A stretch of 41,425 nt of DNA from the NCBI GenBank assembly GCA_032718475.1, contig JAUCBJ010002772.1:1-41425 (forward strand), in the 5' to 3' direction. Position 1 is the first letter of the stretch; each line of letters starts with the position of its first letter. Positions 1 through 11,045 of the stretch are shown here, in pieces. The position numbers were made by a program, and so were the translations under genes. The notes beneath the pieces are model-generated. The model worked only from the letters and a program-made list of their open reading frames with translations. It was not told where the DNA came from and made no database searches. Origin of the DNA: Nemertoderma westbladi (lineage: Eukaryota; Animalia; Xenacoelomorpha).

Positions 1-2
1 CC

Positions 3-311
3 GTTACCAATTCGAATCCAACTACTACGACGAGCCGTCACGCTGGAGCAGGTCCCAGTGTTGGAGGTGGTAAAAGAGTACCAACCGGCGGTCTACCACT
101 AGCAACAGGACGTGGTGACATCATGGAACCGACCCAAGGATCCACACAGGAAGGTACTTCGGTTGATCCTATTTCGCAGGGACGATCTCAGTATCCAGCA
201 ACGCGGGAACCGGGACAGACTCAAGGTCAAGGTCCAGTAATAAAAACATTGCGAAGTGCGGGAAACAATATACTGTTTGATGAATTCAATAATTATACGA
301 ACTCGAACTAA
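3..311 (+). CDS. Partial ORF, probable low-complexity C-terminal tail of an LTR-retrotransposon (likely Gypsy-type) pol polyprotein
   Basis: The frame is open from the window start to TAA at 309-311. It is P/T/S/G/Q-rich and ends in IKTLRSAG, resembling the TRSGR motif after many integrases. It lies just upstream of a PPT and LTR. Confidence 0.5.
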   Translation, partial: VTNSNPTTTTSRHAGAGPSVGGGKRVPTGGLPLATGRGDIMEPTQGSTQEGTSVDPISQGRSQYPATREPGQTQGQGPVIKTLRSAGNNILFDEFNNYTNSN

Positions 312-432
312 ATATAACAACATATACTGGTTGAAGAATTATATGTGTGGATAAACTCGAGATACGTAGAATACCCATAATTCAAAACTTTATTATACAT
401 ACAGTATAACAAATCATTTTGTGTGGGGGTGA

Positions 433-654
433 TGTTAGGATACTAGGAATGAGGACCTAACATAATATAGCACCTATGTACCGTGCAGCTTACTGTGTAA
501 CATAATTATAGTTAGACTGTCAGAATAGAAGTACAGACTGTCGTATGTCATACATCTTGTTTCTTACACCACAGACAGACAGGCCTACATTGCTGTCACG
601 TACAGACAGTGGCCTACTGAACATTGTTACCGACCACTACACGGTCGCCTAACA
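433..654 (+). mobile_element. 3' LTR (222 bp) of an LTR retrotransposon
   Basis: Begins TGTTAGG (433) and ends CCTAACA (654), a perfect 7-bp terminal inverted repeat with TG...CA ends. A G-rich PPT-like tract GTGTGGGGGTGA (421-432) sits directly upstream. Confidence 0.8.
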
Positions 655-675
655 GTAAGGATTTACCTACTTATG

Positions 676-1606
676 CAGTGGCGTAGCTGATGTTTGTGGT
701 AGGGGGGGGGGGGGGGGGGGGGCGCCACGATTTTGCCCCCCCCATAATAAATTAATTGAACTTTTTGTGTGACTATTTTCTAGGGTACACAGTACAGTAT
801 GTTTGACAGAGTACATCATAATCATAATGGCACATCCCGTGCTTTGGCATGAGCGAATGAATTTATAACCGCCAACAGGCATAAGTTGGAAGGAAGTAGA
901 AAAATAAATTTGTTATTTTTCGAATAACAAAAAGACACTTTAATAATTTTTTTCGATTTTTTCGAATTTTTTTTTATCCACATACTGGGGTTGCCTTTCA
1001 TTGACGGACAAGCTATAGTTTCGGAGGAGTTAACCCGATATACATGCATACAGTGGCGGATCTAGGATTTCATAGTGAATACTTTTACAGTAAGAAGTCC
1101 TAACGGGTAGGCCTATGAAACCATAGTCATTAAAAAGTGCCGTTAAAGTTTATATGCAAGTGCTGAACTGATGTATATAAAATTTTCTTATAATATAAAT
1201 TTTGTACTTTCCTTTTATATTTATATGTACCTGTAGGTGCTAGTTTTTATTTTCTTTATAATCCCGATGATACCCCTCCTGGTGGCAGAAATATATTGAT
1301 TGAATAGATAAACTGTTACGGGGCTAAACTCCAAGCAACACGAACGTTGAGATTATATGAACAATAAGTAGCCTACAAGCTGGTTGTATGTAATGGCAAA
1401 AAATTGTGTTAGGGAATTAATTAAAAGTTTATTGATATAGAATGTATTGAAGGTACTGTATTTATTAAAAAGTTTTCAACTATTTTACATTAATTTTCAA
1501 ATGGGAGCGACCAAGCTTGAAAGTATATTATTCATTCATCGCGATTTTGGCGCCCCCCTGAAGCCAACAGGGGGGGGCCCTGGGCCCCCCCTCAGCTACG
1601 CCACTG
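676..1606. mobile_element. Non-autonomous hAT-superfamily element (MITE)
   Basis: Perfect 15-bp TIRs CAGTGGCGTAGCTGA (676-690) and TCAGCTACGCCACTG (1592-1606). 8-bp TSD TACTTATG at 668-675 and 1607-1614. G/C-run subterminal sequences; no transposase ORF. Confidence 0.93.
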
Positions 1607-1683
1607 TACTTATGGATCACCTGTGTGATCCATAGTACCTAAAGGGTTAATAGATAACAGTTAACAATACAGTAGTAAGTTCG

Positions 1684-2597
1684 CTAAACTCTGATCTTCA
1701 TTTCTATTTTATCCATCGGTACTTGGCTGTTAGGGTGAGTGAATGTGTACCGTACCAATAAGGTCCCTCTTCTCCAACTCTCCCGTGGACGCCGTTTAGG
1801 TTGGAGTTGGAGCAGGCATGATACCACCAAGCTCCTTTGTATCTGACGGTGCAGTTTGTTACGGAATGAACATCGTTATCGGATCTTTAATTGTGAACGC
1901 GTATCCATTGAGGTGACCCCGGGACTATCTTAAAGAATCGAGGCACCAGCTGTACCGCTGTATGAAGGTATCTGTAGCTTGTAATTACTATTAGAATCAC
2001 CAATACTGAAGTAATTATACTCGGCGTACTTGTGTTCGCCTTGGTACCAAAGATCGATCCTCAGCGCAACACCGTCTTTGGTAAGTTCATAGATGTTATC
2101 GAGTCCCAACCAAAAGTTATTTTCTATATCGCCGAAACCATGGATGTATTTCGAACTTCAGACCATCCTAGAAAGAAATTATCCGATCCATCTATTCGCC
2201 TCTGTATTCCTACCCAGGGGCCGCCAGGTACTGTGTTATCGCAGCGAAGTGAACCATCCAATACTTTGGGGTGGTTGACGATGGAAATGGTGTCAACTGC
2301 AGTATTTGTGCAACTGGGTGCCGGTTTGGATGTTGGCTGGAGATCCGAGATCTTCTGTGTTAGATCAGCTATACTCTCATTCGTTTCTTCCTTAATGTTG
2401 TTGAATATCACAATCACAAACAATGTAGCTAACGTATTGTATAGTCGTATCGTATTGTGTAGTGTATACCCACTACTCCAACAACAACCCAAACCCACCA
2501 TCTTCATACAGAAACCACACGGCTCTCCTTAACTGCCTTAACCGAACTCCTCGTCCATTGGAACTTCTGTATCTCTATAGACACCTTGATGTGCCAT
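1684..2597 (-). pseudogene. Fibrinogen-related domain (FReD/FBG) protein pseudogene, copy 1
   Basis: The minus strand encodes GGPWVGIQRRIDGSDNF, GFGDIENNFWLGLDNIYELT, LRIDL, YAEYNYFSIGDSNSNYKL, GAWWYHACSNSNLNG and EMKIR, all FBG hallmarks. It has frameshifts, stops and an N-terminal deletion relative to copies 2 and 3. Confidence 0.9.
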
Positions 2598-3748
2598 GTT
2601 GTCCCAGTGACTGTACGATTATAATATCGTAAGGACACAAAGTTGTTCTATCATGAGTCTTAAATAGACTTAGTATGTGAATTTTTAGGGAGTTAAAGTT
2701 TTAATTAAATCTCAAATAAGTTTATTTTGCTGTTTATTTTACACAATGTGTCGTCGTAAGTTAATAAGATAAACTTTTATATCAATTGATTGTTGTTATG
2801 CTACTGCATTGCTGTATTGTACTGTTGTAGTAGGCCTACCGGTAATGAATGTATTTATTTATACCTGTACAACAGTAGAGGAGGGTAATTTTTGGGCTTT
2901 TGACTCCAAATCGCTATAAAGCACGTGATTAACCTATAAGCCGTTAATACAGTTAGTTACATTAGTACTGTAGAAGTTATAAATAATATTACTAGTATCG
3001 TGCTGGTATCAAGGCGTACTATATACAAGGCCATGCCATCGAGTCAACTGGGGGCGGTGACTGGGGGCAAGATTTTCTTAAGCTTTATACCGGCGATTTC
3101 TTTACGTTATTACAATAATTTATGCATAAGATACGCTTTGGTATGACTGTATTAGTAATTGTAGCTAATGTATCTTTATGTTAGGCTTTAATTTATGATA
3201 AATAATTACAAATTGTGGACATCGCTTTGCCTTCATTATTGTGTACAATAAATATAGCCAAATATTAATAAATGTATTACTTTGTATTATGAAATGCAGC
3301 ATTAATGTTATCTTATTTTCAGTAAAATTTATACATTACTTCACCATGTTGGTTTTCATAGGTAAGATTTTATGTAAAACTTGAAGTCATAACAGATCAC
3401 TTTATATTACAACTGACTACTTTATAAGACTATAAGAAATTTATTCAATATTATTGCGAAATGTGTTAATATGACTATTGTATTGTAAAATACAATATCC
3501 ATAATAATATATTATCAATCATTAGAAAATTAGCAGGCTAAAACTTTTGCAATAGGCATAATTTATATTATTATCAGGCACTTTATGTTATTTTATTACT
3601 TTATTATTTACCGTATCAAGATTGCCAACCCACTATTCCCTAAATGTGAAAACACACAATGGCCCTTGTAAGGGCTCTTTAATATTTAAATATATTGAGA
3701 TATAAATCCTGAAAATTAAACGTATGCCCCCCTGCAGAGTATACCACC

Positions 3749-4932
3749 CTGTAGAGAAATATCTCAGTTTAAAGAGTCTCTCTGGGCACGGACTAAACGT
3801 ATGACCCCCCTGCAGAGAAATATCTCAGTTTAAAGAGTCTCTCTGGGCGCGGACTCAACGTATGACCCCTCTGTAGAGAAATATCTCAGTTTAAAGAGTC
3901 TCTCTGGGCGCGGACTCAACGTATGACCCCCTGTAGAGAAATATCTCAGTTTAAAGAGTCTCTCTGGGTGCGGACTCAACGTATGACACCCCTGTAGAGA
4001 AATATCTCAGTTTAAAGAGTCTCTCTGGGCGCCGACTAAACGTATGACCCCCCTGTAGAGAAATATCTCAGTTTAAAGAGTCTCTCTGGGCGCGGACAAA
4101 ACGTACGACCCCCCTGTAGAGAAATATCGCAGTTTAAAGAGTCTCTCTGGGCGCGGACTCAACGTATGACCCCCCTGTAGAGAAATATCTCAGTTTAAAG
4201 AGTCTCTCTGGGCGCGGACTAAACGTACGACCCCCCTGTAGAGAAATATCTCAGTTTAAAGAGTCTCTCTGGGCGCGGACTCAACGTATGACCCCCCTGT
4301 AGAGAAATATCTCAGTTTAAAGAGTCTCTCTGGGCTCGGACTCAACGTATGACCCCCCCTGTAGAGAAATATCTCAGTTTAAAGAGTCTCTCTGGGCGCC
4401 GACTAAACGTACGACCCCCCTGTAGAGAAATATCTCAGTTTAAAGAGTCTCTCTGGGCGCGGACTCAACGTATTGCCCCCCTGTAGAGAAATATCTCAGT
4501 TTAAAGAGTCTCTCTGGGCGCGGACTCAACGTATTGCCCCCCTGTAGAGAAATATCTCAGTTTAAAGAGTCTCTCTGGGCGCGGACTAAACGTATGACCC
4601 CCCTGTAGAGAAATATCTCAGTTTAAAGAGTCTCTCTGGGCGCGGACTCAACGTATGACCCCCCTGTAGAGAAATATCTCAGTTTAAAGAGTCTCTCTGG
4701 GCGCGGACTCAACGTATGACCCCCCTGTAGAGAAATATCTCAGTTTAAAGAGTCTCTCTGGGCGCGGACTCAACGTATGACCCCCCTGTAGAGAAATATC
4801 TCAGTTTAAAGAGTCTCTCTGGGCGCGGGCTCAACGTATGACCCCCCTGTAGAGAAATATCTCAGTTTAAAGAGTCTCTCTGGGCGCGGACTCAACCCCC
4901 CCTGCAGAGAAATATCTCAGTTTAAAGAGTCT
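3749..4932. repeat. 61-bp tandem array, about 20 copies
   Basis: Unit ctgtagagaaatatctcagtttaaagagtctctctgggcgcggactcaacgtatgaccccc, repeated head-to-tail with few substitutions and no spacers. Confidence 0.98.
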
Positions 4933-4938
4933 AGAAAG

Positions 4939-5250
4939 TCAGTCCTGTAGTTTAAGCTTCTTAGCAGAGGGCTCGCGTGTACTGCATGGTGTGACAAGAT
5001 GGCATTTACGGCTTAAGAATATATTTGCAAGTATACGGCATTGTTTGCTGTTTGGTAAGGAATTACAGTAGATGTTGCCAATTTCCAGGAATCTGGACAC
5101 TAGACCTGTTCTGCATAACTTCGGTTGATCGCTCAGTAATAGAAATAACAGGTAGCAGTAGAAAGTAAACTGAACGTAAACATCAGGAGAGATTATCAGT
5201 TTACCTCGGTTCAATTCATCCAGATATATCCCATATCGATCATTGTATTT
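4939..5250 (-). pseudogene. C-terminal fragment of a P-element-superfamily (THAP9-like) transposase
   Basis: Extending the ORF upstream gives KYNDRYGIYLDELNRGKLIISPDVYVQFTFYCYLLF...CRTGL...ILANIFLSRKCHLVTPCSTREPSAKKLKL. This matches from memory the Y..YG.Y...L(D/N)RGGL..P...C...L.NI.......P.S..EP..K.LKL tail of invertebrate P transposases. No catalytic core is present. Confidence 0.65.
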
Positions 5251-6099
5251 TTTTCATTATATTTTTTCATTCATATATTTTCATTTCTTTCATCTAGTTC
5301 TATAATAGTTGTTCTGAAGTATGTCGATCTGTTTACTCTTCGTCTAGTTGTCTGCAAGTCTGTTTGTCTGTCCGTCGGTCTGTTTGTCTGTGCATTTGCT
5401 TGTGTAGACATCGGTATTTACTGAAATTTTTGAAAATCTATGGACTGCATCTCGAATGACTCTTTGTAAAACAAGCTTACTGCACACTTTTCTGTCCAGT
5501 GTGTTTTCTCGTTTGTTTGTAAGACTGATTTGAGGGTTGTCTGTTTGTCAGACAAAATTGTCAGTTATTTGAAATAATTGTTAACTTGACAACATTACAG
5601 CTACTTCCAAGCTCTTACACGATTTAGGTAACGAATCAGTAATTTATACTCTCAGTATTTATTACCATTATTTATTATCAGACAAAGATGGCCACCCCCT
5701 TGGTCTAGCAACTGGGTCAGATTTGGGTCACTTAGAAATAATATAAAATTATATTTTAAAAAGTAATTTGGCAACGTACCGGCAACAAAACAAATAAAGG
5801 ATAAAATATAAAGAATGAAGAATGTAAATAATGAAATCTCCAATATACAATAGATCTGCATGTTATTGTTGTAACTACCCGTACCTAACTAAGTTATTAT
5901 TGCTGGAACACAACCAATAAGAAATTGATCTGCAGGGCTGAAAGTTGTGTGTCTCAGAGGCCACAAACAATCCATTTACGTCTTAAAACCAATCACCAAT
6001 CAGCATCTACTGTATATCATTGTTAAAGTTTTCCACTTGGCTAAGGTAAGCTATTTTTAGATATCCAATCAAATAATTCACGGCTATATTCAAGTTTGG

Positions 6100-6205
6100 T
6101 TTCAGTTTTCCACAGAAAACTGTTTGCACGAGTTAACTCGGGTTAGTCTGAATTATCCATTTTCTTGAACCCGAATTTATTCGGGATAATTCGTTAAGGG
6201 GTTAA
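6100..6205 (-). mobile_element. piggyBac-like terminus
   Basis: The minus strand reads TTAA|CCCCTTAACGAATTATCCCGAATAAATTCGGG followed by the palindromic CCCGAGTTAACTCG. TTAA followed by CCC is the piggyBac end signature. No partner end was found. Confidence 0.45.
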
Positions 6206-7238
6206 AGAGCCCTTACAAGGGCCATAAAGTAATAAAATAACATAAAGTGCCTGATAATAATATAAATTATGCCTATTGCAAAAGTTTTAGCCTGCTAATT
6301 TTCTAATGATTGATAATATATTATTATGGATATTGTATTTTACAATACAATAGGCATATTAACACATTTCGCAACAATATTGAATAAATTTCATATAGTC
6401 TTATAAAGTAGTCAGTTGTAATATAAAGTGATCTGTTGTGACTTCGAGTTTTACATAAAATCTTACCTATGAAAACCAAAATGGTGAAGTAATGTATAAA
6501 TTTTACTGAAAATAAGATAACATTAATGCTGCATTTCATAATACAAAGTAATACATTTATTAATATTTGGCTATATTTATTGTACACAATAATGAAGGCA
6601 AAGCGATGTCCACAATTTGTAATTATTTATCATAAATTAAAGCCTAACATAAAGATACATTAGCTACAATTACTAATACAGTCATACCAAAGCGTATCTT
6701 ATGCATAAATTGTAATAACGTAAAGAAATCGCCGGTATAAAGCTTAAGAAAATCTTGCCCCCAGTCACCGCCCCCAGTTGACTCGATGGCATGGCCTTGT
6801 ATATAGTACGCCTTGATACCAGCACGATACTAGTAATATTATTTATAACTTCTACAGTACTATAAATGTAACTAACTGTATTAACGGCTTTTCGGTTAAT
6901 CACGTGCTTTATAGCGATTTGGAGTCAAAAGCCCAAAAATTACCCTCCTCTACTTTTGTACATGTATAAATAAATACATTCATTACCGGTAGGCCTACTA
7001 CAGTACTACAACAGTACAATACAGCAATGCAGTAGCATAACAACAATCAATTGATATAAAAGTTTATCTTATTAACTTATGACGACACATTGTGTAAAAT
7101 AAACAGCAAAATAAACTTATTTGAGATTTAATTAAAACTTTAACTTCCTAAAAATTCACATACTAAGTCTATTTAAGACTCATGATAGAAAAACTTTGTG
7201 TCCTTACGATATTATAATCGTGCAGTCACTGGGACAAC

Positions 7239-8219
7239 ATGGCACATCAAGGTGTCTATAGAGATACAGAAGTTCCAATGGACGAGCTTCCATCAGGTAC
7301 CCGGGAAGGCGTCTATAAAGTCATCCCGGATAATTTAACACTCCCCAATCCGTCACAGGATATTATAGATCGCAATGGAGCAGGAGAACTGAGTGGTTTC
7401 TGTATGAAGATGGTGGGTTGGGGTTGTTGTTGGAGTAGTGGGTATACACAACACAATACGATACGACTATACAATACGTTAGCTACATTGTTTGTGATTG
7501 TGATATTCAACAACATTAAGGAAGAAACGAATGAGAGTATAGCTGATCTAACACAGAAGATCTCGGATCTCCAGCCAACATCCAAACCGGCACCCAGTTG
7601 CACAAATACTGCAGTTGACACCATTTCCATCGTCAACCACCCCAATGGATTGGCTGTTTCACTTCGCTGCTATAACACAGTACCTGGCGGCACCTGGGTA
7701 GGAATACAGATGCGAATAGATGGATCGGATAATTTCTTTCTAGGAAGGTAGAAATACATCCATGGTTTCGGCGTTATAGAAAATAACTTTTGGTTGGGAC
7801 TCGATAACATCTATGAACTTACCAAAGACGGTGTTGCGCTGAGGATCGATCTTTGGTACCAAGGCGAACACAAGTACGCCGAGTATAATTACTTCAGTAT
7901 TGGTGATTCTAATAGTAATTACAAGCTACAGATACCTTCATACAGCGGTACAGCTGGTGCCTCGATTCTTTAAGATAGTCCCGGGGGTCACCTCAATGGA
8001 TACGCGTTCACAATTAAAGATCCGATAACGATGTTCATTCCGTAACAAACTGCACCGTCAGATACAAAGGAGCTTGGTGGTATCATGCCTGCTCCAACTC
8101 CAACTAAACGGCGTCTACGGGAGAGTTGGAGAAGAGGGACCTTATTGGTACGGTACACATTCACTCACCCTAACGGCCAAGTACCGATGGATAAAATAGA
8201 AATGAAGATCAGAGTTTAG
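7239..8219 (+). pseudogene. FReD pseudogene, copy 2 (FIBCD1-like type II membrane architecture)
   Basis: ATG at 7239 (MAHQGVYRD), then a hydrophobic segment, a short coiled coil (IKEETNESIADLTQKISDLQ) and a full FBG domain ending EMKIRV* at 8219. There is an in-frame TAG at 7749-7751 and further frameshifts. Confidence 0.9.
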
Positions 8220-8942
8220 CGAACTTACTATTGTTAACTGTTATCTATTAACCCTTTAGGTACTATGGATCACACAGGTGATCATAAGCAATGGTACGCT
8301 AATGCGCTATGGATCATACAGGTGATCCATGCTTTTAAATGTTACCCTGTGTTATTCCATTCAGCTTTAGGTACCGGTACCAGTACCAGTTTACTGATAT
8401 TAGAAATGAAATCATTGACCAAGAAAGCACCAATAGCGAAAATTTCAGGTTGTTGGTATGTATTCTTAGATTTTGACAGACAACTGACAGTAAGACGGAC
8501 AAACAGACAGTGTCGATTTCGGGAAACGTAAAAACTGACATCGGAAATGGAATCCCACATTACATGGCTTACTTGCTATTGCCTAGCTGAGAACAAGTCC
8601 CACATCACCACTACTCGAGCAATGGGTTATATAGGACAGGCAGTGTATGGAGCCAATGATTGGCTGAATATTTAATCGTGATTCTTTAGAATAATAATTA
8701 GCTAAATTATTTCGTTGAGGTGTTGACATGGTTAATTAATTTTTCAGTATCAATACTATCAACATAAGGTAGGTTTTAAAATTTCTTACAAATTGGGTCG
8801 CCTCTATGCCTAAAATTTAAAACACAAATTTCCTCTTAATACCTCTGCCTTTCATCAATCCTTAGGCGCATTTGGTCCAGATTAATAGGGAGTTTGAAGG
8901 AGAGAAACTTTCCCCTCTCCTTTGATTTATGGGCGGTTTGGT

Positions 8943-9484
8943 GGATGAGTACAAAACAAGCCAATTAAGTAACCTGCATAATCTTGTAACACGTGTTAAC
9001 TTTCATTTATTGTTTTTTACCTCTTTGTTTTGTACAGGTCCCAAAGAGCGTGAGGTACCATTGCCATTTAAAGGAGCAGGTTACAGAGTGTTGTGGGAAC
9101 CAAAACAATAAACGAAAGTTAACACATGTGTTTTGTACAGGTCCCAAAGAACGTCAGGTACCATTGCCATTTAAAGGAGCAGGTTACATACAGAGTGTTG
9201 TGGGAACCAAAACAATAAACGAAAGTTAACACATGTGTTTTGTACAGGTCCCAAAGAGCGTCAGGTACCATTGCCATATAAAGGAGCAGGTTACAGAGTG
9301 TTGTGGGAACCAAAACAATAAACGAAAGTTAACACATGTGTTTTGTACAGGTCCCAAAGAGCGTCAGGTACCATTGCCATTTAAAGGAGCAGGTTACAGA
9401 GGAGTGTTGTGGGAACCAAAACAATAAACGAGAGTTAACACATGTCTTTTGTACAGGTCTTTAGTCTTTGGGTCTTTGTTTGTC
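8943..9484. mobile_element. Mutator-family MITE related to 22492-22724, with an internal 103-bp tandem amplification
   Basis: The left end GGATGAGTACAAAACAA and degenerate right end ttgggtctttgtttgt match the TIR of the 22492-22724 element. Internal units start at 9031, 9134, 9241 and 9344, with a partial unit at 9450. Confidence 0.75.
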
Positions 9485-9778
9485 TGCCGCGCTTTGGGTA
9501 AATTTCTTAAATACCGATTTTGTGATAGAATCGCTCAATTTTAATTTGTATCTCATAACTGAGCCCCGTGCTGCGTGTAATCTCTCCATGCATACAGTAT
9601 TGAGTTTATGCAGATTCCACATAGGCAGTTACCTGTCTATAGACCGTGCTATAGACAGAGACAGGTGTTATAAGTCCAAGAGCAGACCTGATTTAACCAC
9701 TATGAATAAGTTTCATTACTGTTGTACTGCATGGCCTTTGCAGGATTCCCCGTACTTAGTTCAAATTTAAGCCTCATG

Positions 9779-9912
9779 CGAATTTAGTTCCAATGGAAAC
9801 GAATTTAGTTCCAATTTTGGCGAATTTAGTTCCAATTTAGGCGAACTTAATTCCAATAACTAGAGAAAAACGAAAACGAATTTAGTTCCAATGCATGCAA
9901 ATTTAGTTCCAA
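9779..9912. repeat. Short repeat cluster GAATTTAGTTCCAA, about 6 copies, mostly with 21-bp period
   Basis: Copies near 9780, 9801, 9822, 9843, 9877 and 9899. It resembles the subterminal repeats of a DNA transposon. Confidence 0.8.
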
Positions 9913-9952
9913 TGGATGCTGTTCGCGCTTTTAGACCTTTGACAGTTTAACC

Positions 9953-10978
9953 TGTTAATTGATGTCTTATGATGTCTGACAGCCCGTACGAAATATGAAC
10001 ACAGTCAAAGTCAGTCCCACCGGAAGTGGGAGACTGAATTCTATGGCCAGAGAGAGGGGTAGGCTACTTTGTATTATTCGATTGATCTCTACTATATAAT
10101 CTCCAAAAACTATGTTTATTTTCAGTGAAATACCAACAGTTCCTTTTAGGTGCTGCGCTTTAAATACCACGCAAAGTTATGACTTATACTAATTACAACG
10201 GATGGTCATGAGATAACGCAAATGTTTACATTCTTTAGGAATGTTTTATTAATCATTCACACTCATATACTGATAATACGGCTGAAATACGCTAATTTGC
10301 CGAATGCCACCAATTTTACTCACATATAGGGAGAAATTCAGCTCACGTATGTTGGGGGTTATGAAATAGCATGGATTCATACAAACCACTGTAATTTGAG
10401 CCAAACAATTGCTACTAGTGTTCCCTGCTGCTTACCTCAATGACCAAGAAAGTCAAGGGAATTATCGATTATTCAATATTCATAAGTATTCTCCAAATAT
10501 GAGCACTAATCAAGTGAGTTACAAACACAGCATATAATAACAGTATAAACAGTATAAGGGATGTAATGCGGCAGTGTCAACAGTCAGACGTTGTCAGAAT
10601 GTATGATAGGTGGTATGTGAAAGTATGCAATATGATATGAAATGTTAATAGATTTGCGTTCTATGATTTTCTCCGGCCACTGATGTTCTGGGCTAAGAAA
10701 TCAGAATGTCAGAATAAATGATTTTGCCGCACTGCGTCATTTTACATAGGTAAACCAACCAGTGAGCCGAAAATCGTGCTGATTGGCCAAAACATAACAT
10801 GAGCTCTACACATAAAGAAACAGCTGGCTAATTACGTCATTGGAGTTCCGTGTCAGAACAGACGCTAGAGGGCATAAGTTCTAATACCTTCTCGTATACC
10901 CACAGTCAATGCTGGCTCTTTTAGAGTAGTTTGCGAATTGCACAAAAATGAGACATTTTTGCTGCAAAAGCTTTAACA
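9953..10978 (-). mobile_element. 3' LTR (~1026 bp) of the BEL/Pao element
   Basis: Ends are TGTTAA (9953) and TTAACA (10978). On the minus strand it is preceded by PPT-like GGGAGCAG (10979-10986) and contains TGACGT, GGCCAATCAG, TATGTAAAA and AATAAA in U3-R-U5 order. Confidence 0.65.
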
Positions 10979-11045
10979 CTGCTCCCAGAAAATGTGACTT
11001 TAGATCTATAAAATATACATAGAGTCACAGTTTCTAATAAAATAA

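Larger units (their letters stand above)
1610..8287. repeat. Foldback cassette copy A: ~2.1-kb inverted arms (about 1610-3682 and 6202-8287) around a ~2.5-kb spacer
   Basis: The right arm is the reverse complement of the left with small indels, e.g. atggcccttgtaagggctctttaa (3659-3682) versus ttaaagagcccttacaagggccat (6202-6225). Both arms carry the same FReD gene, pointing outward. Confidence 0.95.

Noticed and set aside
1051-1072. Second hAT-like end CAGTGGCGGATCTAGG inside the MITE
   Set aside because: No matching partner TIR or TSD was found, so it is at most a truncated relic.
2032-2532. ORFs 2032-2532 (+), 7313-7645 (-) and 34744-35175 (-)
   Set aside because: They are antisense shadows of the FReD coding strand.
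3749-4932. 61-bp arrays (also 31155-32277) as CRISPR
   Set aside because: Units are contiguous and near identical with no unique spacers, no cas genes are present and the context is eukaryotic.
6324-6587. Recurrent 87-aa ORF MYNKYSQ... (also 30642-30905 and 33668-33931)
   Set aside because: It is AT-rich with a non-ATG start and no motif. It recurs only because the arms are duplicated, and the copy in the left arm of cassette A has stops.
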